Source of the DNA: Chthoniobacteraceae bacterium
GTDB taxonomy: Bacteria; Verrucomicrobiota; Verrucomicrobiia; Chthoniobacterales; Chthoniobacteraceae
Assembly (NCBI GenBank): GCA_031409655.1
Contig: JANNXQ010000126.1
Coordinates: forward strand, 1-28,175
Reading direction: 5' to 3'
Length of the DNA stretch: 28,175 nucleotides
Under the pieces are notes generated by a model that saw only the letters and a list, made by a program, of their open reading frames with translations, was not told the origin of the DNA and did no database searches. Within the stretch, counting starts at the first letter, position 1. Every line of letters begins with the position of its first letter. The position numbers and the translations under genes are program-made. Positions 6,552 through 17,300 of the stretch are shown here, one piece after another.

Positions 6552-8504
6552 TCAGAGTTCGAAGTTGATGAAGCCGGGCTGGCCGGGCGGGAAGATGGCG
6601 GCGGTGCCGAAGACCCCGGCGTCGGCGAGGCCGTTGCCGCCGTCGAAGTTCACCGATTTCTGGAAGACCGCGCCGAGGAAGGGGCCGGCGGGGAAGGCCA
6701 CGCGGAGGCTGTCGTTGGCGTCGCCGAAGAGCACCGAGACGGTGCCGGCAAAGAGGGTGCGGCCGCGCGTCAGGGTGCTGGCATTCTCGATGTCGAGGGC
6801 GTCGCTGCCGCCCGCGAGTCCGGCCTCAAAGGGACCGCGGAAGGTGGCATCGTTGACGAGGATCTCGTCGGGCCCACCCGCGCCGAAGAAGCGCGCGGCA
6901 CCCCGCACTTCGAGACCGCTGATGGCGAAGGTGCCGCCGAGCGTCGCGCCGCTGCTAAAGAGGAGCGTGCCGCCGATCTGCAAAGCCGCGAGACGTCCGG
7001 TGAGCTCGACGTTCGCCGCGGTGCCGCCGGTGATGAATTGCGCGTCGCCCGCGATCTTCCCAGAGGCGACCGTCACCTCCGCGTCGAAGGTGGTGCCGTT
7101 GTGTTCGAGCCGCAGGGTTCCGCCGACTTTGAACGCGCCGCTGGTGAGGACGTCCGTGCCGAGCGCGCCCCCGGTCGTCTTGATAGTGACGTCCTTGCCG
7201 ACACTGAGCGCGACGACGTTCACATCGAACAGCGCGCCCGTGGTGCCGGTCGCGAGCACGGAGCCCTTCACGGCGTAGGTGCCGATGTCGAGGTCGAGGC
7301 TGACGCTGTCGCCATCCAGCGCGATGTCGCGGCCGATGCGCGCGCTGGTGGCGCCGATCTCCATGCTCACCCCGCCCGTGGCCGAGGCGCGAATGCTGCC
7401 ACCGATGTCCATCGTGCCGCGGTTGAAGATCGTATTGGCGACAAAGGTGGCGTCGGTCGTGGTGCTGAAGTCGTGCTTCACGCGCAGTTCGCTCGAGCTG
7501 AAGACGTCATTGCGCGCGCTGCCACTGCCCACGCTGCCACTCGAAAGCAAGACCCCGCCGCCGATGCGGATGATGTCGGCGCTGATCGTATTCTTAAACG
7601 CGCCCGAGGCGTGCCCGATGAGGAGATCGCCCTTCACATCGAGGAGTGTGCCGGGGGTGATGTTCACCGTGTCGAGGTCGGCATCCGCCGCGGTATTCAC
7701 CGCGAGCGAGCCGAGCGTCACGCGACCGGTGCCTTTGCCGATGCTGATGACATCCACGCCGGCACCCGCCCTGATGTCGAGCTTGCCACCCACGCGCAGC
7801 GACGACTGCGGGGCGATCTCGATGGTGCTCGCCGCATCGCTGTCCTCGATGAGCAAGCCCTTGCCGATGTCGAGCAAGCGCGGGTTGATGACGATCTGCG
7901 CCGCGCCCGCCGCGCCGCCGTGATAATCCACGCCGCCGCGAATCTTGATCGCGCCGCCCTGGATGAAGAGCGTATCGATCCCATTGCCGCCCTGCACCGT
8001 GACGTTGCCGCCGACGGTCGCAAATTCCCCATTCACCGAACCGCCGCCGCCGCCATCGCCGGTCTGCAAATTCACATTCCCACCGACGCTCACGCGGTAG
8101 CCTTCGAGAAAGCACGTATCGAATCCGGCACCACCCGTGTAGTTGAGATTCCCGCGGATGCTGGGGCTGCTGAGGAAGACGCCATTGTTGCCCGCGCCGG
8201 CGTTGATCGTGAGATTCTTTTTGAAGCTGACGTTGGTGAAGAAGGCGGTGTCGGCGTTGTTGCCGAAGTTCACCGTGACGTCGCCGGTGACGCCGGTGAG
8301 AAAGCCGAGCGCGGCTGGCGTGGCCGCGCCGATCTGAATGAGCGTGCCGGCGCTCCCGGTGATGGCCCACGTCTTCGCGTCGATCTGCTCGACGGTGAAG
8401 TTTGTGGCGTCCACGCCGCCGGTGAGGGTGAGCGCGCCATTCGCGAGAGTGGCGACGATGAGGCCCGCGGGGGCGATGCGGGATTCGAGGGGTTCGATGT
8501 TCAT
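6552..8504 (-). CDS. LExRIAPA-leader beta-solenoid protein of a distinct class, gene D (650 aa)
   Basis: MNIEPLESRIAPA followed by longer repeats with GxGxD turns (GGAGFD, GGNGID, AGAGVD, GAGGPD, AGGSD). Lacks the DxDGD N-cap and the family C-cap; ends FINFEL. Confidence 0.88.
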   Translation of the reverse strand: MNIEPLESRIAPAGLIVATLANGALTLTGGVDATNFTVEQIDAKTWAITGSAGTLIQIGAATPAALGFLTGVTGDVTVNFGNNADTAFFTNVSFKKNLTINAGAGNNGVFLSSPSIRGNLNYTGGAGFDTCFLEGYRVSVGGNVNLQTGDGGGGGSVNGEFATVGGNVTVQGGNGIDTLFIQGGAIKIRGGVDYHGGAAGAAQIVINPRLLDIGKGLLIEDSDAASTIEIAPQSSLRVGGKLDIRAGAGVDVISIGKGTGRVTLGSLAVNTAADADLDTVNITPGTLLDVKGDLLIGHASGAFKNTISADIIRIGGGVLLSSGSVGSGSARNDVFSSSELRVKHDFSTTTDATFVANTIFNRGTMDIGGSIRASATGGVSMEIGATSARIGRDIALDGDSVSLDLDIGTYAVKGSVLATGTTGALFDVNVVALSVGKDVTIKTTGGALGTDVLTSGAFKVGGTLRLEHNGTTFDAEVTVASGKIAGDAQFITGGTAANVELTGRLAALQIGGTLLFSSGATLGGTFAISGLEVRGAARFFGAGGPDEILVNDATFRGPFEAGLAGGSDALDIENASTLTRGRTLFAGTVSVLFGDANDSLRVAFPAGPFLGAVFQKSVNFDGGNGLADAGVFGTAAIFPPGQPGFINFEL

Positions 8505-8531
8505 GGTAGTGGGTGTTTGAGTTGGGATGGA

Positions 8532-10772
8532 TCAGACTTCGCGAAGGCTCACGTCGCCGGTGAGCAGCGCGAGCGGGATGAGTGGATCGGTGGCGGCGGT
8601 GAGTGGCGCGATGTAGAGGCCGGCTCGGAAGCTGCCGATCTGTTGCGCGGTGAAGCCGGAGTGGTCGTTCGGGTTCGCCTTCGTGCCGATGACGGCGCCG
8701 CCGATGGTGATGCTCGCGATCCGCGCGATGATGAGATCACCGTTGAATCCGGGAATCGCGTAGTCGTCGCCATTGGCAAAGCCATCGCCCGCCGGATCGC
8801 TGACTCCGGCGGAGATATTGCTCGCGATCCAGTCGCCGCCCACGCGCACGGTGCCGATCGAGGCGTTGCCATTGCTGCCGCCGCCCGGCGTATCGTTGGG
8901 GGCGAAACCGGCGAGCACCTGGGTGAAGAGGACGCGTCCGCCGACGACGAGGCTGGTCAGGGCGAGGTCGCTGGCGCGGGCGCTGCCGGTCGGTTGGCCG
9001 AGCGCGGAGATCACGGGACGCACGATGCCATTCGCGCTTTCATGGCCGAGGATGCTGCCGCGCACGGTGACGGTGCCGATGTCGTGCCCGGCGCGAATCG
9101 ACGCATTGTGGACGAGGTCGGAGAGCGTGTCCTGATCGATGCCGGAGACGATCGAGCCGCCGATGAGCACACTGCCGATGCGATCGGCTTTGATATAGGC
9201 GGACTCCGACGAGTCCCCGCCGCGGATGTCGCCACCGATGGTCGCCGTGCCGAGCCGGCCGCCCACATCGATGACGCCGCGCGGCAAGGGCGTGCCGATG
9301 ACGCGCCCGAAGACGAGCGTCTCGCCAACGAACGACCGCCCGATGCTCAGGCTGGTGAGATCGCCACCCACGGTGATGGCGCCACCGCGCAGGTCGCGCC
9401 CGATTTTCAGCGCCCCAATGTCGCCCTGCGTCTCGATGTTTCCGTAGAAAGTCCAGCCACCGATGCTGATGCTGGCGATGTCCGAGGTGCCGCCCGCGGC
9501 GATCTCGCCGAAGTAGAAATCGCCGCCGATACGCACCGTGCCGATCTTCGTGCCGCTGACGATCGCGGCGGAGTGGTCGGGCACCTTCCCGATGAGCGGA
9601 TTCGCCTGCACATTGCCGCGGATGGTGACGTTGCCGATCTCGCCGGTGGTGGTGAAGATGGCGCCGGAGTAAAGATCGGTTCCGCCGCGCAGATCGCCAC
9701 CGATCGTCACGGTGCCGAGCTTGGTGAAGGAATGGATCGCGCCGCTCTGCTTGCCGGAGCCGCCCAGCACGGTGCCGCCGATCTGCACCGTCGTCAGCGT
9801 GCCGTTCGCTTTGATGAGGCCGGATTCGTCGCCCGCGCCGCCACGCACGTCGTGCGCGATTTTCACGAGGCCGAGCGTGCCGCCGGAGAAGATCTGCGCA
9901 CTGCTCGCGCCGCCTTCTTTGCCCGGCTGGGCGAGGAGCGAACCGCCGAGGGTCACGCTCGGGAGATTCCCCACGGCGATGATCGCGCCGGATTGCAGGC
10001 CCGAGCCGCCGAGGATGTCGTCGCCGATCACCACCGCGCCCATGGTGGTGAAGCTGTAGATCAGCCCGCTCGAGGTGTTGCTCCCGCCGCGGAGCGAGCC
10101 GCCGATGTTCACCGCGCCGACTTTGCCCGAGGTCGATTGCACGATGCCGGAAAAGTTGCCCGCGCCGCCCACGACATCGCCGCCGATCTTCACCGGTCCG
10201 ATATTCCCGACGGCGATGATCGCGCCGGAATTATCCGCCGCGCCGCCGACCAGCGAACCGCCAATGTTGATCGCGCCGATGCCGCCACCATCGGTCACAT
10301 TGAGATACACCCCGACGACATCGCCGGTGATCTTGAGCGCGCCGACGGAGCCGCGGATGTCGCTCTGCAAATCGCCACCGAGCGTCGCGGTGCCAAAGCT
10401 GCCCATCGACCGGGCACACAAGGTCTTCAGCGCCGGCGTCGCGAAGTTCAAATCGCCCACGTCGATCGCGCCGAGGTCGCCTTTCACCGTGACATTGCCG
10501 AGATCGACGCCAGTGGCGTTGATGCTCCCGACATGCGCGAGGCCATCGCCGGTCGCGACCTTGGTGACCGTGAAAATGATGTTCGCGCCGGCAAAACCAG
10601 CGTCCGTGATAGTGAGCGAGCGCAACTGCCCACCGACGCCGATGGGCACGATGGTCAGATCGTTAAGGTCGAGCGGTCCGGCGGAGGTGGTGACTTTGAC
10701 GAGGTCGCCGTCGATGTCGGTGTAAGTGACAAACGAGGCGGGGGCGATGCGGGTTTCGAGGGGTTCGATCAT
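8532..10772 (-). CDS. LExRIAPA-leader Gly-rich beta-solenoid repeat protein, paralog E (746 aa)
   Basis: MIEPLETRIAPA, YTDIDGD, repeats, C-cap GGDW/DHSGFTA, ends LALLTGDVSLREV. Confidence 0.92.
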   Translation of the reverse strand: MIEPLETRIAPASFVTYTDIDGDLVKVTTSAGPLDLNDLTIVPIGVGGQLRSLTITDAGFAGANIIFTVTKVATGDGLAHVGSINATGVDLGNVTVKGDLGAIDVGDLNFATPALKTLCARSMGSFGTATLGGDLQSDIRGSVGALKITGDVVGVYLNVTDGGGIGAINIGGSLVGGAADNSGAIIAVGNIGPVKIGGDVVGGAGNFSGIVQSTSGKVGAVNIGGSLRGGSNTSSGLIYSFTTMGAVVIGDDILGGSGLQSGAIIAVGNLPSVTLGGSLLAQPGKEGGASSAQIFSGGTLGLVKIAHDVRGGAGDESGLIKANGTLTTVQIGGTVLGGSGKQSGAIHSFTKLGTVTIGGDLRGGTDLYSGAIFTTTGEIGNVTIRGNVQANPLIGKVPDHSAAIVSGTKIGTVRIGGDFYFGEIAAGGTSDIASISIGGWTFYGNIETQGDIGALKIGRDLRGGAITVGGDLTSLSIGRSFVGETLVFGRVIGTPLPRGVIDVGGRLGTATIGGDIRGGDSSESAYIKADRIGSVLIGGSIVSGIDQDTLSDLVHNASIRAGHDIGTVTVRGSILGHESANGIVRPVISALGQPTGSARASDLALTSLVVGGRVLFTQVLAGFAPNDTPGGGSNGNASIGTVRVGGDWIASNISAGVSDPAGDGFANGDDYAIPGFNGDLIIARIASITIGGAVIGTKANPNDHSGFTAQQIGSFRAGLYIAPLTAATDPLIPLALLTGDVSLREV

Positions 10773-10805
10773 AAGGAGTGAGTGGAGGGTTGAGGGTTGA
10801 GCGTT

Positions 10806-13607
10806 TCAGACTTCGCGGATGGTCACGTCGCCAGTGAAGAGCGAGAGCTGGATGGGGGCGTCTTGGGCGGCGGTGAGCGGGGGGAGGAAGGCGCCGGCGC
10901 GGAAGAAGCCGATCTGTTTGGCCACGAAACCGAAGTGGTCCTCGGGCCGCACGTCGCCGGCCACGGTGCCGGCGATGGTGATGCTGGCGATGCGCGAGAT
11001 GAGCGTGGCGCCGGGGATGAGCTGGTCGGTCGCTTTGCCGAAGCCGCTGTTGTTCGGATCCTGCACGCCGGCGGAGATGCTGCTCGCGAGCCAATCGCCG
11101 CCCACCGTCACGATGCCAATCGAGGCGTTGCCATTGGTGCCGGCGGTGATCGTGTCATCCTGATCGAAACCGGCGAGCACGAGCGACCATTCGACGCGGC
11201 CGCCGACGCTGAGGCTTCGAATGGCGATGTCGCTCGTCGCACCGGGGGCGAGCAGTTCCTGGCCGCGCGCGGAGATGATCACGGGGGTGAAGCTGCTCTG
11301 GGTCTTGCGACCGATGAGGCTGCCTTTCACCACCACGGGGCCGAGGTCGTCGGCGACGCGGATCGAGGCGTTGTTCGTCAGGTCGTTGAAGAGATCCTCG
11401 TTGATACCGGCGATCATCGAGCCGCCGATGGTGACGCTGGCGATGCGGTCGGCCTCGATGAAGCCGGTGCGGTCGAGCGTGGGCGCGCCGCTCGCGATGC
11501 TGCCGCCGACGACGTTGCCGCCGATCTTCACCGCGCCCATGTCGCCGACGCTGCCGACGTAGCCGGTGCGAATGGCGGTGCCGCCCACGAGCGATCCGCC
11601 GATGGTGAGACTCGCCAGGGTGTCGAAGGTGAGGATCGCTCCGGCGCTGTTCGCGCTGCCGCCGATGACGCTGCGGCCGATCTTCACTGGACCCAGCGGG
11701 CCGAAGCTCCCGATGCCGCCGCTGCTCGTGGCTGATCCGCCGACGAGTGAACCGCCGACGGTCACGCTCGCGAGGTCGGCGCTTTCGCTGACCACGCGGC
11801 CTGAGTCAGCACCCGTGCCTCCGCGGAGATCGCGCCCGATCTTCACCGCACCGAGCCTCTCCGCGGCGACGATCGCGCCGCTGCCCACGCCCGCGCTGCC
11901 GACGACGGAGCCGCCGATGGTCACGGTGCCCATGTCGTCGTCGCAGTAGATCAGGCCGGTATTCAGCGCCGGGCCCCCGAGCACTTCGCGGCCGATCGTC
12001 ACCGCCAGGAGATCGCCGCCACTCGAAATGCTGCCGCTGCTGATCCCGCCCGCGCCGACCAGCGAACCGCCAACGCTCACGCTGACCATGAATGAGGCGG
12101 AGTCGATGACGCCGGAAGCAGCGCCCGCACCGCCGACGATACTCCCGCCGATCTTCACCACGCCCGTGGTGAAGCCGCTGGCGATCTGCCCGCTGTCCGC
12201 CCCGGCACCGCCGAGGATCGAGCCAAGCACGGTGACGTTGCCGATTTTGGCGAAGTTGCCGCTGACCGTGAAGATCCGCCCGGAGTTCGGCCCCGATCCG
12301 CCCTGCACATCGCCGCCGATCGTCACCGGGCCGATGTCGCCGGCGCTCTTGATCTCGCCGCTGCTGACGATGTTCGAACCGCCGATGAGCGAGCCGCCGA
12401 GGGTCACGCTGACCAATTTGCCGTGGCTGCCGATGCGGCCGGATCGGTTGCCCGAGCCACCCTGCACATCACCGCCGATCTTCACCGGGCCGATGTCGGC
12501 CGGGGGCGCACCCGGTGCTCCGTCGTTGCCAATGAGCCCGCTGGCATTGCCGCCGCCGCCGAGGAGCGAGCCGCCGATGGTGACGCTCGCGATCTTGCCC
12601 CCCCCGGTGATCGCGCCGGAAGAAACGCCCGCGGCGCCCTGCACGTCGCCGCCGATCGTGACGGCGCCCAAGTCGCCGCTGCTGAGGATCTGGCCGGCGT
12701 TGTTGCCGCCGCCGCCGAGGAGCGATCCGCCGATGATCACCGAGGCCATCGTGCCGGAGCTATTGATGAAGCCGGCCGCGCCGCCACTGCCCCCGACCAC
12801 GTCGCCAGTGATTTTCACCGGACCCATATTCCCAAAGCTGAAGATGCTGCCGGCAGAGACGTTGGAGCCGCCAATCAGCGAGCCGCCCACAGTGATGCTG
12901 GGAATGTGGCCGATGGCCGTGATACTGCCGGAAAACAGGCCCGCACCGCCCTGCACGTCGCCGCCGATGCGCACTGCGCCGATGGCGCCGTCGGCGCGAA
13001 TCTTCCCGCTATCGTCCGAGACGCCGCCGACGAGCGAACCGCCGATGGTCACCGGGCCGATCGTGGCGAAGGTGCCGCCGAAGACGCGGATGTAGGCATC
13101 CTTGAGGTCGCGGGTGACTTTGAGCGAGCCGAGCGCGCCCTGGATGTCGCAGTCGTTGCCATTTCCGGAGAGGCCCATCGAGCGCACGCTCAAGCTCGCG
13201 ATGGCCGGCGTGCCGTCGGTGCCACTGCCGGCGTCGATCTCGGCGAGGTCGCCTTTCACGAGCACGGTGACGAGGTCGTTCGTGCCGGCGTTGATCCGCC
13301 TCACATCCGCGAGCCCGTCACCCGTCGCGGCTTTGGTGACGCTGAAGACGATGCTCGCGGTGTCGAAGCCGGCCTCGGTGAGATTGAGCAGCGTGAGATG
13401 CCCGCTCGCGCCGGCGGTGAGCGTGAGATCGGTGAGGTCGAGCGGCGGAGCGACGGCGCCGGCTTTGCTCGCAGTGATGCGGACGAGATCGCCGTCGAGG
13501 TCCGTGTAGTTGATGGCGATGGAGGCGGGGGCGATGCGGGCTTCGAGGAACTCGATGAAGGCCTGGGCAGGACGACGGGCTTGGGTGCGGATTGGGAGCG
13601 GTTTCAT
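10806..13607 (-). CDS. LExRIAPA-leader Gly-rich beta-solenoid repeat protein, paralog F (933 aa)
   Basis: Start taken at the ATG at 13607 (MKPLPIRTQARRPAQAFIEFLEARIAPA); the track's GTG at 13646 overlaps the upstream mini-ORF. YTDLDGD, about 21 repeats, ends LSLFTGDVTIREV. Confidence 0.9.
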   Translation of the reverse strand: MKPLPIRTQARRPAQAFIEFLEARIAPASIAINYTDLDGDLVRITASKAGAVAPPLDLTDLTLTAGASGHLTLLNLTEAGFDTASIVFSVTKAATGDGLADVRRINAGTNDLVTVLVKGDLAEIDAGSGTDGTPAIASLSVRSMGLSGNGNDCDIQGALGSLKVTRDLKDAYIRVFGGTFATIGPVTIGGSLVGGVSDDSGKIRADGAIGAVRIGGDVQGGAGLFSGSITAIGHIPSITVGGSLIGGSNVSAGSIFSFGNMGPVKITGDVVGGSGGAAGFINSSGTMASVIIGGSLLGGGGNNAGQILSSGDLGAVTIGGDVQGAAGVSSGAITGGGKIASVTIGGSLLGGGGNASGLIGNDGAPGAPPADIGPVKIGGDVQGGSGNRSGRIGSHGKLVSVTLGGSLIGGSNIVSSGEIKSAGDIGPVTIGGDVQGGSGPNSGRIFTVSGNFAKIGNVTVLGSILGGAGADSGQIASGFTTGVVKIGGSIVGGAGAASGVIDSASFMVSVSVGGSLVGAGGISSGSISSGGDLLAVTIGREVLGGPALNTGLIYCDDDMGTVTIGGSVVGSAGVGSGAIVAAERLGAVKIGRDLRGGTGADSGRVVSESADLASVTVGGSLVGGSATSSGGIGSFGPLGPVKIGRSVIGGSANSAGAILTFDTLASLTIGGSLVGGTAIRTGYVGSVGDMGAVKIGGNVVGGSIASGAPTLDRTGFIEADRIASVTIGGSMIAGINEDLFNDLTNNASIRVADDLGPVVVKGSLIGRKTQSSFTPVIISARGQELLAPGATSDIAIRSLSVGGRVEWSLVLAGFDQDDTITAGTNGNASIGIVTVGGDWLASSISAGVQDPNNSGFGKATDQLIPGATLISRIASITIAGTVAGDVRPEDHFGFVAKQIGFFRAGAFLPPLTAAQDAPIQLSLFTGDVTIREV

Positions 13608-13635
13608 GGGATTGGAGTGTGGGAATGGCTGTGGA

Positions 13636-13695
13636 TCAGATTTCACGGAGCGTGACGCCGCCGGTGGTTCCGGGCGGAGGCGGAGAGATCTTCAT
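13636..13695 (-). pseudogene. Collapsed paralog or mini-ORF (19 aa) MKISPPPPGTTGGVTLREI
   Basis: ATG at 13695 and TGA at 13636. TGGVTLREI matches the family tail TGDVTIREV/TGDVSLREV. The 28-nt gap to the next ATG equals the usual 27-33 nt spacing between family genes. Confidence 0.65.
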
Positions 13696-13724
13696 CGAGT
13701 GGCCGGTAGCGGTTGAACGCGTGA

Positions 13725-13755
13725 GATTGCGCGGATTGCGCGGATTGCGCGGATT
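13725..13755. repeat. 9-bp tandem repeat (GATTGCGCG) x3 plus a partial unit
   Basis: Read directly: GATTGCGCG GATTGCGCG GATTGCGCG GATT, about 30 nt upstream of the mini-ORF start. Confidence 0.9.
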
Positions 13756-14384
13756 CAGCGTCGCCGATGGGATGCGCGGCAACGCGAAGGTTGCCACAAG
13801 TACGGAGCCATCGAAGTCTGCGGAGAGGCAGGGCATTCGCATGGCGCGGGGATGGAGGACCGGAAGAAAGACCGTCGCCGCGACGAAGCACACGAGTGCT
13901 CGCGAAAACTCGCGCCTTCGGGAAGGAGCAATATCCACGACGCGCCGCGATCGACGTGGAGACACTAAAGGCCCGCGCCGGCGGCGGGCGAGCATGAAGT
14001 GATGGAACCCCCAGGCTCGTACGATTGAGCCAAGTGGTGCGCAAAGTCCGAGTCGAGTTTCCGGGAGCGCCCTACCTTGCCCACTGGCCAACCGGTGAAT
14101 GAGATAAACCGAAGGAAGCATGTGAAATGCGTGCGATTTGAAGGTTGCCCCCTTTTCAACACTAACTGGGGGACGGCGAGGGATGCGCTCGAGAGCTTTG
14201 CGGCGTGATGCTTGAAGCTCACTTGGAATTTGAAACGTGGCGCCTGGGACTCGCGGCGGGGACCCAAGTGTGGGGAGATTGCGTCGGGAATCGCCTCGCG
14301 AGGGCGGTCGGCGCGTGAATGATGCATGCGCACTTTTTTGTCCAGCGACCCGGACTCAAATCGGATTTACTGCTGAATCCCTGC

Positions 14385-17300
14385 ATGAAGCGAAAACTCG
14401 AAACTCGAAAGTGGGCGATCGTCACTCTGTCCGTTGCGCTCGTCGGCCAAGGACTGGCCGCGGACCTCACCTTCAATCGCGACATTCGCCCGATCCTCTC
14501 GGACAAGTGTTTCGCCTGCCACGGCTTCGACCCGAAGACGCGCGAGGCCGACCGGCGGCTCGATAATGCGGAGGGCGCGTATGCCGACCTCGACGGGGTA
14601 CGCGCGATCGTGCCCGGCGATCTCGTGAAGAGTGAATCGTGGGTGCGGATCATCAGCGACGACAAGGACGAGGTGATGCCGCCGCCGAAGTCGCACAAGA
14701 CGCTGACGGCTGCGGAGAAGGAGACGATCAAGCGCTGGATCGAGCAAGGTGCGCGCTATCAGAATCACTGGGCCTTTGAGCGGCCGCAGCGCGCGGCGCA
14801 ACCGACGGTGAAAGACCAGGCGTGGGTGCGGAACCCCATCGACTCCTTTGTGCATGCGGGGCTCGAACGCGTGGGACTCGCGCCGGCACCGGAGGCGGAT
14901 CGGCGCACGCTCGCGCGGCGGGTGTCGCTCGACCTCATCGGGCTGCCGCCGATGCCGGAGGAAGTGGAGGCCTTCGTGAAAGACCCGGCGCCGGACGCTT
15001 ACGAGCGGCTGGTCGCGAAGCTCCTGGCGCGGCCGCAGTGGGGCGAGCATCGCGGGCGCTACTGGCTCGATGCCGCGCGCTACGCCGACACGCACGGGCT
15101 GCACTTCGACAAGTATCGCGAGATCTGGCCGTATCGCGACTGGGTGATCGCGGCCTTCAATCGCAACCAGCGCTTCGACGAGTTCACCGTCGAGCAGCTC
15201 GCCGGCGATCTCCTGCCGAAGCCGACGCGCGCGCAGCTCATCGCGACCGGCTTTCACCGCTGCAACGCCACGACCAATGAAGGCGGCACCATCGACGAGG
15301 AGAATGTCGCCAACTACGCCCACGATCGCGTGAGCACGACGTCGTGGGTCTGGCTCGGGCTCACGGCGAATTGCGCGTCGTGCCACGACCACAAGTTCGA
15401 CCCGATCACGTCGAAGGACTTCTATGCGATGGCCGCCTTTTTCCGGAATACCACGCAGCCGCCGAAGGATGGCAACGTCGAGGACACCAAGCCGGTGATC
15501 TATCTGCCGCTGCCCGGTGACGAGAAGCGCTTCGCGGAACTCGGCAAGGTGATCGCCGGAGAGCGCGCGCAACTGGCGGCGCGGCGGGCCGATGCGGCAA
15601 AGGATTTCGATCTCTGGCTGAAAGTGGCGAAACCGGAGGACGTGGCGGTGAATCCCGAGAGCTTCGTGGTGCGGGTGCCGCTCGATGAAGGCGCCGTGGA
15701 GGTGCGCGCGGAGACGGCGAAGGGCGAGACGACTTTCGCCGCGACGGGACCGATCGAATGGCGCGAAGACGGGCGCTTCGGACGCGCGCCCGCTTTCACG
15801 AATGGCTCCCACTTCATCCTCGGCGATCTCGCGGACTTCGAGCGCGACCAGCCCTTCTCCGTCGGCGCGTGGGTGAATGTGCCGGAGAATGCGCGCGGCG
15901 GCACGGTCGTCGCGCGGCTCGACGATCGCACGGGCACGCAGGGTTGGGAGCTGGCGGTCGAGGGCGCGAAGTTCGCCGTGCAGCTCGCCGCGCGCGAGCC
16001 GGCCGGGACGCTGCGCGCGGCGACGAAGGCAAACACGGTGCGCGCCGGCAAGTGGCAGCATGTGCTCGCGACCTACGACGGCTCGGGCTCCGCGGATGGC
16101 TTCCGGCTTTTCAGCGACGGCCGGCCGCAGGTGCTCGTGCCACAAGGAAAGGAGCTCAAAGGCTCGACCCGCGCGGCCGTACCGCTGCGCCTCGGGCAGC
16201 GCGAGAAGCGCGGCGTTTTCACCGGTGGCCAGACGCAGGACGTGCGCATCTATGCCCGCGCACTCACCACGGGCGAAGCGCGTTCCCTGCCCACCGAGAG
16301 CAGCCTGCGCGCGGCCTTTGCGGCTCCGCCGGAAAAGCGCACGCCCGCGCAGAAAGCCGCGCCGCTGAACTTCTACATCGATAATCTCGACGCCCCATCG
16401 ATCGGCATGGCCTTCCACATCGAAGCACTCGAAGACGAGGACGCCGACATCCGCGACCGCGCGACCGTCTCGCACATCCAGGAGGAAAAGCCGGGCGAAC
16501 CAATGGCCCACGTGCTGATGCGCGGCGCCTACGACAAGGAGGGCGAGAAGGTCGGCCCCGCGGGCTTCAGCGCGCTGCATCCCATGCCGCCGGGCGCTCC
16601 GAAGAATCGCCTCGGCCTCGCGCAATGGCTGGTGGCGCCGGAGAATCCGCTCACGGCGCGGGTCACGGTGAATCGTTTCTGGCAGGAGCTCTTCGGCACG
16701 GGGCTGGTGCGGACTTCGGAGGATTTCGGATCGCAGGGCGAGCCGCCGACGAATCCCGAATTGCTCGACTGGCTCGCGGTCGAGTTCCGCGAATCGGGCT
16801 GGGACGTGAAGAAACTCTTCACCCTGCTCGTGACCTCCGCGACCTATCGCCAAGCCGCGACGGTGACGCCGGAGAAGCTGGCGAAAGATTCGCACAACCG
16901 GCTGCTCTCGCGTGGCCCGCGCTTCCGCATGGATGCGGAGATGCTTCGCGACTACGCGCTCGGCGCGAGCAGCACGCTGTCGCCGAAGATGGGCGGCCCC
17001 GGCACCAAGCCCTACCAGCCCGAGAACGTGTGGGAAGTGGTCGGCGTGAACACCGACAAGTATGTGCAGGACAAGGGCGAGAGCCTCTATCGACGGTCCA
17101 TTTACAACTTCTGGAAGCGCATGGCGCCGCCCGCTAGTCTCGAGATTCTCAACGCCCCGGCACGCGAATCGTGCGTGGTCCGCCGCGAACGCACCAACAC
17201 ACCGCTCCAGGCGCTGGTGACGTTGAACGACCCGCAATTCGTCGAAGCCGCGCGCCGCCTCGCGGAGACAGCGTGGAAAGAAAGCGGCGACCCGACGAAG

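Noticed and set aside
6456..10781. Long plus-strand ORFs over the arrays (e.g. 1441 aa at 6456, 634 aa at 25762, 550 aa at 23800, and many Pro-rich ORFs)
   Set aside because: Antisense shadows of GC-rich, Gly-rich genes. Their repeats (ADRD/AAD, PPM/PPI) are the reverse-complement readings of GG(S/D) codons.
13696..14384. Several 76-161 aa ORFs in the divergent intergenic region
   Set aside because: They overlap on both strands, are Arg/Ser/Pro-rich and have no motif. Only the last 19 codons of 13636..14121 have support.
10787..14410. Short heptamer doublets (GGGTTGA x2 near 10787, AAACTCG x2 near 14394)
   Set aside because: Only two units each with no consistent context, so not supportable as functional features.
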